Positions 37,719 through 46,921 of a stretch of 64,000 bases of DNA are shown piece after piece. How positions within the stretch are numbered: the stretch's first letter is position 1; every line of letters begins with the position of its first letter. Source of the stretch: Candidatus Moraniibacteriota bacterium (GTDB taxonomy: Bacteria > Patescibacteriota > Minisyncoccia > Moranbacterales > UBA1568); NCBI GenBank assembly GCA_030648835.1, contig JAUSGT010000002.1:89665-153664 (forward strand), given 5' to 3'. The notes under the pieces were generated by a model. It ran no database searches. It had not been told where the DNA came from and saw only the letters and a program-made list of their open reading frames with translations. The position numbers and the translations under genes are program-made.

Positions 37719-38597
37719 ATGAAGACGGACGTTTTTATCCGGCTCACTTCGGACGCCTATTCGCGGCATGAAATGGTGCGCGATATCGATCGTGGTTTCC
37801 AAATGTTTCGCGCTTTCGCAAAACGTTTCAGTCGCTTTGAGAAAGAGAGTGAGCTCTCGCGCTTCAACGCGTCGGAAGGTGGAAAAGTATCGGCGGAACT
37901 TTTCTCATTACTCAAAGAGTGCGCGCGATTTTGCACACTGACAGACAGCATCTTCGATCCCGGCATACTGCCTGTTCTGGAAAAGATCGGGTATAGAGGA
38001 ACCACTGTGTCGGAGGCGTCCACGACGAGAGAGTCGTTCACACAGTTGATTTTTGACGAAGGAAGCCAAACCATCCATAAGCCAAAAAATCTGCTTATCG
38101 ATCTCGGCGGTATCGGCAAGGGCTATATCGTCGATCAGGTGGCCGACGAACTCTCCAAAAAGTACGTGCATGGTATAGTGGACGCGGGAGGCGATATGCG
38201 TATTTTGGGGAGGAATCGAGAACAGAATCTCGATTATTGGGCTATTGATGTGGAAAATCCTTTTGATGCTTCTCAACCGCTCGCGGTGCTCCTCCTTTCG
38301 GAGTGCGCGGTGGCGACATCGGGTACCAATCGGAGAAAGTGGCGGCATGCAGGACGGGAGTATCACCACCTGATCGACCCGAAGCGAGAGACGAGTGCAC
38401 AGATGGGGGTTGTGCAGGTGACGGTTATTACGAAGCGCGCGGTGGAAGCCGATGTTTTTGCCAAGACGCTCCTTATTTTGGGACTGGAGCGTGGACAGCG
38501 ATTTGCAGAAGAGAAAAACATTCCGGCTCTCTTTGTGACCGACGACAAGCGGATCATTCGAAACGCTTTATTTCAAAAGTATGAATGGAAAGCATAA
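37719..38597 (+). CDS. apbE: FAD:protein FMN transferase (ApbE family)
   Basis: 'LIDLGGIGKGYIVDQVADEL', 'GIVDAGGDM' ApbE motifs. Start set to ATG 37719 (RBS 'GAAGAGAAGGGG'); the longer ORF from 37497 overlaps the upstream gene. Confidence 0.75.
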   Translation: MKTDVFIRLTSDAYSRHEMVRDIDRGFQMFRAFAKRFSRFEKESELSRFNASEGGKVSAELFSLLKECARFCTLTDSIFDPGILPVLEKIGYRGTTVSEASTTRESFTQLIFDEGSQTIHKPKNLLIDLGGIGKGYIVDQVADELSKKYVHGIVDAGGDMRILGRNREQNLDYWAIDVENPFDASQPLAVLLLSECAVATSGTNRRKWRHAGREYHHLIDPKRETSAQMGVVQVTVITKRAVEADVFAKTLLILGLERGQRFAEEKNIPALFVTDDKRIIRNALFQKYEWKA

Positions 38598-39474
38598 AAT
38601 CATTACTCTCGTTCTTGTGGCATTTTTTGCGTTGAGTTTCAATACTCATTTTGCGCACGCGCTTGTCAAAGATTCTGACGTGGACGGGTTGAGTGATGAT
38701 GCCGAAATACGCCAGTACCGTACAAATCCACAGATATTTGATACCGATGGCGATGGGCGGGGCGATGGTGATGAAATTTTGGATAGGACGGACCCGCTTG
38801 ATAGAGAGAGTTCCTACATAGCAACCCTGATTCGGCAGGACCCGGGAATATTTGGGAATCCGAACCAGTGGGCGTGGTATTTGGGGCGGGCGAGCGGTAT
38901 TCTCGCGCTCATCCTTTTGACGAGCGTTGTGTCTTTCGGCCTCGTCGTTAGTTCTCGCGCGTTTTTCAAAATAGTTCCGGGAGCTACTGCTTATGAAGTG
39001 CATCGTTTTGTGGCCTGGCTCGCTTTGGGAGCGGTTGTTTTCCATTTTTCCACGTTTTTCTTTGATGGTTTTATCAAGATGACAGTCGCGGAAGCGCTGA
39101 TCCCATTTGCCTTATTTCGTGAGTTGAAGACAGTAACCGGTTTCAGTTTTGGAACGGCTGTCGCGTTTGGTACCATTGCCTTTTATGGACTTCTTGTTCT
39201 TGTTTTCACTTCACAGTGGCGCTCGAAAATGTCTCCAAAACTATGGCGCGTTGTCCACTCCATAGCTTTTGTCACATACCTTCTTTTCATCTTGCATGGA
39301 TTTATGGCTGGGACGGACTCGGAGGTATGGTGGATGAGAGTTCTTTACAGTTTGTCACTAGGCCTTGTGACTTTTCTTGTTTTTGTGCGAATTATTTCTC
39401 GCAATGTAATGCCAACGTGGCGGGCCTGGCGGAAAAGAGAAAATGAAGGTACCGAAATGCCTCGCGAGGGCTGA
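38581..39474 (+). CDS. ferric-reductase-like (b-type di-heme) transmembrane protein with N-terminal TSP3-like Asp repeats
   Basis: Signal; 'DSDVDGLSDDAE...DTDGDGRGDGDE'; two H-x13-H pairs on TM helices ('HRFVAWLALGAVVFH', 'HSIAFVTYLLFILH'). Confidence 0.5.
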   Translation: MNGKHKIITLVLVAFFALSFNTHFAHALVKDSDVDGLSDDAEIRQYRTNPQIFDTDGDGRGDGDEILDRTDPLDRESSYIATLIRQDPGIFGNPNQWAWYLGRASGILALILLTSVVSFGLVVSSRAFFKIVPGATAYEVHRFVAWLALGAVVFHFSTFFFDGFIKMTVAEALIPFALFRELKTVTGFSFGTAVAFGTIAFYGLLVLVFTSQWRSKMSPKLWRVVHSIAFVTYLLFILHGFMAGTDSEVWWMRVLYSLSLGLVTFLVFVRIISRNVMPTWRAWRKRENEGTEMPREG

Positions 39475-39648
39475 TCCCGCACTAACTTTGCTTTGTGTTA
39501 ATGAATAATCCTTCTTGTTTGCGGTTTACTTTGTATAAAAGGCTTTCATTTTTTCTCATCGTACTTTCAAGATAAGTTAAGCAAAGTTAGTGCGGGATTG
39601 ACCTCTCACTAAAACCCTGTCATACTCTTTAGATTACTTGAGAATACT

Positions 39649-40374
39649 ATGTCAGAAGAAATCACATATCCTCTTCGTATCAATCGCTATCTCGCTTTGC
39701 GGGGGTTGGCAACTCGGCGTGGTGCGGATGAGCTCATCGCTTTGGGTCTCGTGAAATTGAATGGCAAGAAAGCCAAGTTGGGAGACCGTATAGAAAGCAC
39801 GGACGTCGTAGAAGTTGTGAAAGACAAAAAGCATAAACCCAAGGACTTTTCTTACATTGTCTATTACAAACCGCGCGGCATCATCACCCATTCTCCACAG
39901 GGAGAGGAACAGTCTATCGGGGACATTTCCGGTTTCCCGGGGCTTTTTCCTCTGGGGCGTCTCGATAAGGCTTCCGAGGGGCTCATCTTGCTTACGGATG
40001 ACGGGAGGGTGACCGATCGGTTGCTTCATCCGCGCTTCGCTCATGAGAAAGAATACCTGGTGACGGTGCGGGAAAAGATTCCTTCTCATGCGAAAATGAT
40101 TCTTTTGAGCGGAGTCGAGAATGAAGAAGAAATGTTGACCGCCAAGAGAATCCAAATTTTGAGTCCCTATACATTGGTTATGGTTTTGACTGAAGGCAAG
40201 CGCCACCAGATCCGGCGGATGCTCGACGCGGTGCATCTGACGGTAGAGAAACTGGTGCGCACGCGGGTTATGGGAGTGCACCTGGGGGCGCTCAAGCCGG
40301 GGCAATCACGAATATTGAAAGGCGCCGCGCGCGCGTCTTTCTTGAAGAGTATCGATCTCAAGGAGAATATTTAA
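39649..40374 (+). CDS. RsuA/RluB-family pseudouridine synthase
   Basis: S4-like N-terminus 'RINRYLALRGLATRRGADELI'; catalytic 'LGRLDKASEGLILLTDDG'. Confidence 0.85.
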   Translation: MSEEITYPLRINRYLALRGLATRRGADELIALGLVKLNGKKAKLGDRIESTDVVEVVKDKKHKPKDFSYIVYYKPRGIITHSPQGEEQSIGDISGFPGLFPLGRLDKASEGLILLTDDGRVTDRLLHPRFAHEKEYLVTVREKIPSHAKMILLSGVENEEEMLTAKRIQILSPYTLVMVLTEGKRHQIRRMLDAVHLTVEKLVRTRVMGVHLGALKPGQSRILKGAARASFLKSIDLKENI

Positions 40375-40486
40375 TCCTGGGGGTTGATTTTTTCTTAAAA
40401 CCGTGCTATAATGGATGTAGAACTAAAGAAACGGGTGCCGGATGGGTGCCCGTTTTTTCTTTTATCTAAAGCTTTTTATCGGATGT

Positions 40487-41110
40487 ATGGCAAAAAAAAT
40501 ATCCAAAATTGCACTGTTGAAACTGGTCAATCCACCTCCAAATCTGGTGGCTTTGCAGCTGTCTTCTCGCGTTTTTTTTGGGACGTTTCTGACACTGTCG
40601 CTTCTCGTCACCGGGCTTCTCTATGGCGCCGCTTTCCGTGTCAGTCATATGGCTATTGTGTCGCCGGTGGCTATAAATCCTCATGCCAAGCTGGAAAGAA
40701 ATGTGCGCAAAGTAGTGGATGGGTATCCGATCGAGAAAATGATACCGTATATTGCCGGACACAAAAAAATAACCGCTGCTTTTCTTGTGGGCATTGCCAA
40801 AAAAGAAAGCAATTGGGGCAAACGTATCCCGCGGAGTGAGGATGGCGCGGATTGTTTCAATTATTGGGGGTACAAAGGGGCGGGGAGTCGCGGCGTGGCT
40901 ATGGGACACGGTTGTTTCGGCAGTCCTGAGGAAGCCATCGAAGTTGTCGGCAATCGGATCGACGCGTTGGTAGATGAATACAAGTTTACTACTCCCGAAG
41001 AACTCATCGTGTGGAAGTGTGGTTGGAACTGCGATGGCCACAGCCCCCAGAGTGTGAAGAAGTGGATCAGCGACGTGAAGTTCTATTTCAACAAAGTCAA
41101 CAGAACCTAA
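40487..41110 (+). CDS. membrane-anchored lysozyme-like (SLT/Rpf-type transglycosylase-like) protein
   Basis: TM; 'VGIAKKESNWGKR...NYWGYKGAG' resembles the E-S...Y-G pattern of lytic transglycosylase/Rpf domains; weak. Confidence 0.35.
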   Translation: MAKKISKIALLKLVNPPPNLVALQLSSRVFFGTFLTLSLLVTGLLYGAAFRVSHMAIVSPVAINPHAKLERNVRKVVDGYPIEKMIPYIAGHKKITAAFLVGIAKKESNWGKRIPRSEDGADCFNYWGYKGAGSRGVAMGHGCFGSPEEAIEVVGNRIDALVDEYKFTTPEELIVWKCGWNCDGHSPQSVKKWISDVKFYFNKVNRT

Positions 41111-41123
41111 CATTAAAATAACA

Positions 41124-41158
41124 AAAACCACCCAACGACTTGCTCAGGGTGGTTTTTT
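41124..41158. terminator. bidirectional intrinsic terminator (AAAAACCACCC-N-GGGTGGTTTTTT)
   Basis: Between the 40487 gene (+) and tRNA-Leu (-). Confidence 0.65.
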
Positions 41159-41162
41159 GTTT

Positions 41163-41248
41163 TGGTGCCGAGAGAGAGACTTGAACTCTCATGCTCTTGC
41201 GAGCGCTGGGTCCTAAACCCAGTGTGTCTACCATTCCACCATCTCGGC
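41163..41248 (-). tRNA. tRNA-Leu (anticodon UAG), CCA encoded
   Basis: Reverse complement is GCCGAGATGGTGGAATGGTAGACAC-ACTGGG-TTTAGGA-CCCAG-...-GAGAG-TTCAAGT-CTCTC-TCTCGGC-A-CCA. 7-bp acceptor, long variable arm, U33, G37. Confidence 0.85.
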
Positions 41249-41253
41249 ATTTC

Positions 41254-41634
41254 CTAAACTACCTTGGCTTTTCCTCCGAATAGCCCGAGAAGGCGGGTGA
41301 CTTCTTCCTTGACCGGGCCATCATTTGCATATTCCCCGTGATGACGTGTCCCTTCTCCGTAGGTGTGTTTTTTCTGATCCAAATGGAGGCTGAGTGAGAG
41401 GGAAGTGCCTTTCAAAAGAGTATAGCAGTGGAAGCGAGGATAGCCGGCGCTCGCCAGGACGCGCACGAAGCTCATTTCGCCTCCGCCCGCGACACGCTGC
41501 GCGGCGTTCTTATCAGGTGCTTCCGCATGCTGAAAAGCGTAACCGGCGCCTCGCATAAGCGAAACAGGATTTTCCGTAATGGCTTCAATAAGAATTTTCA
41601 TATATTGGCTATGGTTTTTTCCATTTACCTGCAA
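41254..41634 (-). CDS. T-fold protein, dihydroneopterin-aldolase (FolB)-like
   Basis: 'KILIEAITENPVSLMRGAGYAFQHAE' resembles the FolB N-terminus (IEQLSVITTIGVYDWEQ); probable start MKIL at ~41601; weak. Confidence 0.3.
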   Translation of the reverse strand: MQVNGKNHSQYMKILIEAITENPVSLMRGAGYAFQHAEAPDKNAAQRVAGGGEMSFVRVLASAGYPRFHCYTLLKGTSLSLSLHLDQKKHTYGEGTRHHGEYANDGPVKEEVTRLLGLFGGKAKVV

Positions 41635-41938
41635 TCAAATTCATTTTCTTTTGTTTTACCCAACCCTTAATTTGTTTCTCTCGTCTGCGTGTTGTGATAA
41701 GGGACTCGTGAGGTTCATAATATACTAATTTTACTGGACGGCGCATCTTTGTCCATAAAGCTGCTTCACCAGAGTTATGTTCTTTTACGCGGTTTCGTAA
41801 ATCAGCTGTTGAACCACAATAGATACTGGTGTCTTTACAGACGAGTAAATAAACAAAGAATGTCCCTTCGACAGGCTCAGGGCACTCGACTTCTTGTATA
41901 TTATTGATGAACTTAGCCATATCTTGGTCGCAGACCAT
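41609..41938 (-). CDS. GIY-YIG domain protein (YhbQ/UPF0213-like)
   Basis: 'FFVYLLVCKDTSIYCGSTADLRNRVKEHNSG' GIY-YIG core; lies between tRNA-Pro and tRNA-Leu. Confidence 0.6.
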   Translation of the reverse strand: MVCDQDMAKFINNIQEVECPEPVEGTFFVYLLVCKDTSIYCGSTADLRNRVKEHNSGEAALWTKMRRPVKLVYYEPHESLITTRRREKQIKGWVKQKKMNLIAGKWKKP

Positions 41939-41972
41939 GAGCGAACCTGAACCTAAGTGAAGGTGAGTCGAA

Positions 41973-42046
41973 TGGTCGGAGTGCCGGGAATTGAACCCGG
42001 ATTACACGAACCCGAATCGTGCGTAATACCGTTATACCACACTCCG
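41973..42046 (-). tRNA. tRNA-Pro (anticodon CGG), CCA encoded
   Basis: Reverse complement is CGGAGTG...CACGA-TTCGGGT-TCGTG...CCGGG-TTCAATT-CCCGG-CACTCCG-A-CCA; G37. Confidence 0.8.
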
Positions 42047-42140
42047 TTTTTAACTGAATAACGAATTAAGAATTATGAATCAAAAACTTTCCTTCTTATT
42101 TTTCTCGCGATTCCTAATTCATGATTCTTGATTCATTTGT

Positions 42141-43640
42141 CTACTCTACCCAATGTCTTTTTTTGATCTGCTCCACGTCCTCGGTTCGTTTTTCTTCGAT
42201 TTTTTCTTTGGCGAGTTCCCGCAGAGTTTCGATGGGACTTTCTTTCAGTTCAGCGGCCCTTTTGAGGAGAGTTTCTTTCGTGTTGAGTTTGGAATTTTCG
42301 ATGACTTCAGCGAGGAGTACATCAAGCAGGGCGCCGATGGTTGGTCCAGCCGGGATGCCCAGTTTTTCTATGAGGTCGGTGCCTTTGACTTTGAGCATCT
42401 TTACGGAAACAGCATCCTTCGAAACCTTCTCGATCATATATTCGAGGTGGCGCAACTTGTACGGTTTGCCTTTGGGTACGCCGGAACCCAGTCTATCACC
42501 GATGCGCACCGCCATCAAGTCATCCATATTTTCGAGGCCGACTCGCTTGATAAGGCGCCTGACGGAAGCCTCGGTCACCTCATCGACATTGTAATAGAAG
42601 AGATGGTTGTCGACGAGTAGTGTCGCCTTTTTCACGACTGCCTTGGAAAAACGCAGGCGGGTAAGTATTTTTTCCGTTATACGGGCGCCGATATGATCAT
42701 GGTTGTAGAAAGTGGAATTGTAGCCTTCTCCCTTTTTGGCTTGGGGTTTGCCAACATCATGAAGGAGCGCGGCGAGACGTGTCTCGAGCTTTGTGGATGG
42801 GCAGGTCGCGAGAGCGCGCAGATTGTGTTCCCAAACCGTGTAAATATGGTGGAGGTTTTGAGTGACGCCGATACCCAGTTCCAGTTCGGGCAAGATGAAA
42901 TGGAGGAGTCCGGTTGTCTCAAGCATCTCGATGCCTTCTTTTGGGCTGGCGGAGAGAATGATTTTGGAAAGTTCATCGCGGATGCGTTCTTGGGAAATAT
43001 GAGCGAGATTGCCCGCCAGTTTTTGGATTGTCACAAAGGTTTTCTCCTCGATATGCCAGCTGTGGGTCGGCTTGGTGACCTTCGGATCGCGCAGTTCGGC
43101 GAAGAAGCGCACGGCGCGCATCAGTCGCAAGGCATCTTCTTCAAAACGCTCTTCCGGATCACCGACGGTACGGATGATTTTTTTCTCGACGTCTTCTACC
43201 CCGTCAAACGGATCGACGAGCTCCCACTGAGTAGTTTTTTTCGGACCATACGCGATGGCATTGATGGTAAAATCACGTCGGGCCAGATCTTCCTCAAGCG
43301 ACTTTGTGAACAGGACTTTTTTGGGACGACGTTTGTCCGTGTATTCGGATTCGATGCGGTAGGTAGTGACTTCGATAATATCATTCTCGTGAGTGGGATC
43401 GGTGGTTGCGCTAAAGCGCGGCACTTTTACGCCGACGGTGCCAAAATCATTTTCGTAAAAACTGTCGGGAAAGAGTTTGAGAACTTTCTCCGGGGTGGCA
43501 TCGGTAGTGATATCCCAGTCTTTGGGCTCACGTTCCAGAATGAGGTCGCGCACGCACCCGCCCACCACAAATGCCTCAAATTGAGCCTTATTCAAGGTTT
43601 CGATGATATCCTGAACCGGTTGTGGAATCTTCTTGATCAT
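42141..43640 (-). CDS. cca: CCA-adding tRNA nucleotidyltransferase with HD domain
   Basis: 'FVVGGCVRDLIL' Pol-beta-like head; 'LLHDVGKP' HD motif; 499 aa. Confidence 0.85.
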   Translation of the reverse strand: MIKKIPQPVQDIIETLNKAQFEAFVVGGCVRDLILEREPKDWDITTDATPEKVLKLFPDSFYENDFGTVGVKVPRFSATTDPTHENDIIEVTTYRIESEYTDKRRPKKVLFTKSLEEDLARRDFTINAIAYGPKKTTQWELVDPFDGVEDVEKKIIRTVGDPEERFEEDALRLMRAVRFFAELRDPKVTKPTHSWHIEEKTFVTIQKLAGNLAHISQERIRDELSKIILSASPKEGIEMLETTGLLHFILPELELGIGVTQNLHHIYTVWEHNLRALATCPSTKLETRLAALLHDVGKPQAKKGEGYNSTFYNHDHIGARITEKILTRLRFSKAVVKKATLLVDNHLFYYNVDEVTEASVRRLIKRVGLENMDDLMAVRIGDRLGSGVPKGKPYKLRHLEYMIEKVSKDAVSVKMLKVKGTDLIEKLGIPAGPTIGALLDVLLAEVIENSKLNTKETLLKRAAELKESPIETLRELAKEKIEEKRTEDVEQIKKRHWVE

Positions 43641-43735
43641 AGTGCTTTAAGCATAGCGACAAATTGTCGTTTTGCCTATAGATGTAACTAAAACAGCGGT
43701 TGAACCGCTGTTTTTCATAATTCACAATTCATTTC

Positions 43736-45526
43736 TTAGAGGCTGCGTTTTTTGGCTTCTTCTTTGTAGCAGATGAGGGTGTCGCCGACGACGATTTTGA
43801 AAGCGCCTTCGAAGACGACACCGCATTCGTTGCCCTGGCCGACTTCATCGGCATTGGCTTTGTTGCGTTGGAGGTTCTGCATTTTTCCCGCTCCCACGAT
43901 CTCATCGCCGCGTTTGATTTCCAGCATCGAGCCGCGGAGCATCTTGCCTTCGGCGACACGTCCGCCGACGATCATATCGTGCTTACCGGTTTTGAAGATG
44001 GCCAAGACCGAAAGCCGGCCATAATCCGTGCGGACGATTTCCGGCGCGAGCATGGCAGTCAATTTTTCTTTGACGGCTTCGACGAGTTTGTAAATGATAT
44101 TGTAGGTCTCGATAACAACACCGCTCTTGTCGGCCATACGTTTGGCGACCGGAGTAGGGGTGCTATTGAAACCGAGAACAAGAGCCCCGGCACTTTCCGC
44201 GATTTTGATATCCGATTCGGTAATGGCGCCGACACCTGAGGAAATAATATTGAGCGCGACTTCGTCGGACTGGATAGTGAAGAGAATTTGCTCGATGGCT
44301 TCAAGCGATCCTTGGACGTCAGCCTTCAGGATGATCTCCAGTTTTTTCTTCTCGCTGTCTTCGTCTTGAATCTTGGTCAGTTTTTTTGCCACCGCTTCTT
44401 TGGATTTTGTACGAGCGAGACTTTTTCCACTGACTACTTGGACAATGTCATTTACCTGAGGCGCAACATTGAATCCGTATATCGTGGCGGGGACGGACGG
44501 CTCGGCATGTTCAATATTTTTCCCGCTCCAATCTTCGATACGGCGGATACGGCCGAAAGCGGTCCCGGCCACGATGTCTTGACCGACTTTGAGGGTGCCG
44601 GTACGCACCAACGCAGTCGCCACCGGACCTTTTTGCGGGTCGAGGTGGGATTCGAGGATAATGGCAAACCCATCGCGTTTGTTATCGGCACGAAAATCTT
44701 CCACTTCGGCGATGAGGAGGATACTATCGAGGAGTTTATCGATATTGATATTTCCTTTGGCGCTGATTTCATTGCACATGGTGTCGCCGCCCCATTCTTC
44801 GAAAAGAATACCGTGTTCGGCAAGTTCCTGTTTTACGCGTTCCGGTTTGGCATCGGGCTTGTCGATTTTGTTGATGGCCACGATGACCGGAAGTTTGTAT
44901 TCTTTCAAATATTCGATGACTTCTTTCGTCTGAGGGCGCACTCCATCATCGGCGGCCACGACCAGGATGGCGATGTCGGCGATCGAAAGCCCGCGTTTGC
45001 GCATCGCGGCAAAAGCTTCATGTCCCGGTGTATCGACGAAGGTGATGAGTTGCTTGTGCTTCTTTACCTGGTAGGCGCTGATATGCTGGGTGATGCCACC
45101 CGCTTCGCCCGCGGCCACATTGGTCTTGCGTATCGTATCGAGAAGCGTTGTCTTGCCATGATCGACATGACCAAGGATGGTGACGATGGGCGGACGGGGC
45201 GAAAGGTTCTTCCCGGAATTTTTTTCTTCAGCCAGGAGTTTGCCTAAACTTTCTATGGTGAATTGTCCGGCGGCGACAGCTTCTTCGGCAGGCGCGGTCT
45301 CGAAGCCGAGGTCCTGGGCGATGATGCTCGCGGTATCAAAATCAATTTCTTCGTTGATGGTGGCGAGGATATTGTTTTTCATCAGTTCGGTGATGATAGC
45401 TGCGACCGGCAAGCGCAAAATCTCGCTCAATTTTTTGACCGTGACGGAAGAGGGGAGAGAGACCTGTTTCGCGGGTTCTTTGGGGACCTCTTTGGGAGTT
45501 TCAATTACGGGTTCGATTGGGGACAT
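43736..45526 (-). CDS. infB: translation initiation factor IF-2 (short form)
   Basis: G domain '[12 protein letters not shown]', 'DTPGHEAF', 'NKID'; 596 aa. Confidence 0.9.
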   Translation of the reverse strand: MSPIEPVIETPKEVPKEPAKQVSLPSSVTVKKLSEILRLPVAAIITELMKNNILATINEEIDFDTASIIAQDLGFETAPAEEAVAAGQFTIESLGKLLAEEKNSGKNLSPRPPIVTILGHVDHGKTTLLDTIRKTNVAAGEAGGITQHISAYQVKKHKQLITFVDTPGHEAFAAMRKRGLSIADIAILVVAADDGVRPQTKEVIEYLKEYKLPVIVAINKIDKPDAKPERVKQELAEHGILFEEWGGDTMCNEISAKGNINIDKLLDSILLIAEVEDFRADNKRDGFAIILESHLDPQKGPVATALVRTGTLKVGQDIVAGTAFGRIRRIEDWSGKNIEHAEPSVPATIYGFNVAPQVNDIVQVVSGKSLARTKSKEAVAKKLTKIQDEDSEKKKLEIILKADVQGSLEAIEQILFTIQSDEVALNIISSGVGAITESDIKIAESAGALVLGFNSTPTPVAKRMADKSGVVIETYNIIYKLVEAVKEKLTAMLAPEIVRTDYGRLSVLAIFKTGKHDMIVGGRVAEGKMLRGSMLEIKRGDEIVGAGKMQNLQRNKANADEVGQGNECGVVFEGAFKIVVGDTLICYKEEAKKRSL

Positions 45527-45529
45527 AGT

Positions 45530-46048
45530 TTATACGGTAGGGGGTTTTCCTTGAATGGCTTGAGTGATGGTGGTTTTTTCTTCTTCGGTAAGAGGAAAAT
45601 TGTTTTCCTGTCCGAGGACTACCGGTTTGGAGTAGACACGTGTGCCTTCACGGGTGTGGAGGGAGGTAATCACTACTCCGGAATTTTTCCCGTCGAGGAG
45701 TGCGACACAGAAACTCTGATTGCCACCGACCTCTTTGAATGGGTTGAAGCGCATAACGGCTGTTTTGTGAATGCTCTTCATCCCGAGTTCGCGCAGACGA
45801 TTGGAAATTTCAAAGAGTTCCTGGATTTCTTGATCCAATTCTTTGGTTTCCTGCAATTGGTCGAGAAGAACTTTTTCCAAATCCTTGGCCTCTTTGCCGG
45901 AAAAAAAAGTGTGTAATTTCTTTTTCAAGCGCCTGTTTTGTATCCACAGGAGAATGACGACGAAGAGCAGAATGATCTCACCGCCAAGGAGGGCAGCCAG
46001 GCTTCCGTACACGAAAAGCGGAGAAATGGCTTGGATAAAACCAAACAT
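45530..46048 (-). CDS. membrane-anchored hypothetical protein upstream of infB
   Basis: 172 aa; N-terminal TM, coiled coil; stop is 3 nt before the infB start. Confidence 0.45.
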   Translation of the reverse strand: MFGFIQAISPLFVYGSLAALLGGEIILLFVVILLWIQNRRLKKKLHTFFSGKEAKDLEKVLLDQLQETKELDQEIQELFEISNRLRELGMKSIHKTAVMRFNPFKEVGGNQSFCVALLDGKNSGVVITSLHTREGTRVYSKPVVLGQENNFPLTEEEKTTITQAIQGKPPTV

Positions 46049-46159
46049 ACGACCGAATAATTAGTCTTCTCGCTTACGGTATCACGATTTTGGCTCGGTG
46101 TAAACTCTGAATGCCTATTATGGGATGAAGCAATCGTTTCTTCGTTTGGCGTACGATCT

Positions 46160-46498
46160 TCAGGCAGATCGGGAGAGGATTATCAAAGAGATTATGGCAA
46201 GGGTGATGCCAAATATCTCCAGAGAGTTTATTTTTTCTTGAAAGTAAAATACCCCTACTAAAGTTAAAACGATTATGCAGCTAACGCCATAGAGAACACC
46301 GAGAGTTGAAAGCTTTACGCTTCTCATCACAAAGAACCAGCCAAATGCAGTCATCCCGTAGATTATAGCGCCGAGCACAAGTGTTTTCCAGCCTGAAAAG
46401 GCACTTTGCAACGAAGCGTGCTTTATGAGAGCGTCGGCAAAAACGGTGATGATGCTGAGTCCTATGCCGATTAGAAAAGCAACCAATATGGGGTTCAT
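46160..46498 (-). CDS. small multidrug-resistance (SMR/EamA-like) 4-TM transporter
   Basis: 113 aa starting MNPILVAF (ATG 46498); four hydrophobic helices. The longer ORF would overlap the tRNA-Ser gene. Confidence 0.55.
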   Translation of the reverse strand: MNPILVAFLIGIGLSIITVFADALIKHASLQSAFSGWKTLVLGAIIYGMTAFGWFFVMRSVKLSTLGVLYGVSCIIVLTLVGVFYFQEKINSLEIFGITLAIISLIILSRSA

Positions 46499-46554
46499 GA
46501 CGAATGCGTTTAATAAGAGATTTTCTTGGTTCGGAAATCCTTTTCGAAAAATTG

Positions 46555-46641
46555 CGGAGATGGGAGGATTCGAACCTCCGATACGGTTTCCCGTATGGCA
46601 GTTTTCGAAACTGCTGCCTTCAACCACTCGGCCACATCTCC
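46555..46641 (-). tRNA. tRNA-Ser (anticodon CGA), CCA not encoded
   Basis: GGAGATG-TG-GCC-GAGTGGTTGAA-GGC-A-GCAGT-TTCGAAA-ACTGC-[long variable arm ATACGG/CCGTAT]-GGAGG-TTCGAAT-CCTCC-CATCTCC-G, followed by CAA. Confidence 0.85.
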
Positions 46642-46645
46642 GTAA

Positions 46646-46909
46646 CTACTCAGTACTTTTTCTAAGAATGCCCTTCAGTAACCATTGTATTCGTTCACGA
46701 CCCTTTCCGCTTTTCAAAAACTTTTCTTCTCTGGTTGCATCTTCTTTATTTGAAAATGCTTCATAATATACCAACTTCCATGGAATCAAGTTTTTTGTAA
46801 ACGGAACCGCCCCACTGTTATGTTCTTTCAGCCTTCTTTTTAAATCATTTGTTACACCTTTGTACAATCTCTCATTCTTTTTACTTTGCAAAATATAAAC
46901 GTAATGCAT
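46646..46909 (-). CDS. GIY-YIG domain protein (YhbQ-like)
   Basis: 'HYVYILQSKKNERLYKGVTNDLKRRLKEHNSG'; stop is 4 nt before the tRNA-Ser 5' end. Confidence 0.6.
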   Translation of the reverse strand: MHYVYILQSKKNERLYKGVTNDLKRRLKEHNSGAVPFTKNLIPWKLVYYEAFSNKEDATREEKFLKSGKGRERIQWLLKGILRKSTE

Positions 46910-46921
46910 ATGGTTTTATAA

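Noticed and set aside
42060-42135. Repeated GAATCATGATTC-like palindromes (also 56750..56775 and 58391..58402)
   Set aside because: Short AT-rich palindromes at only 3 sites. They could be regulator sites, but the evidence is too thin to call a feature.
42121-43691. Plus-strand ORFs 42121..42594, 42153..42620, 42693..43691 (up to 332 aa)
   Set aside because: They lie entirely antisense to the well-supported cca gene. Their low-complexity, Phe/Gly-rich translations are typical of shadow ORFs.
44288-45916. Plus-strand ORFs 44288..45247 (319 aa), 45177..45554, 45263..45916
   Set aside because: Antisense to infB and its upstream gene; D/G/F-rich shadow translations with no motifs.
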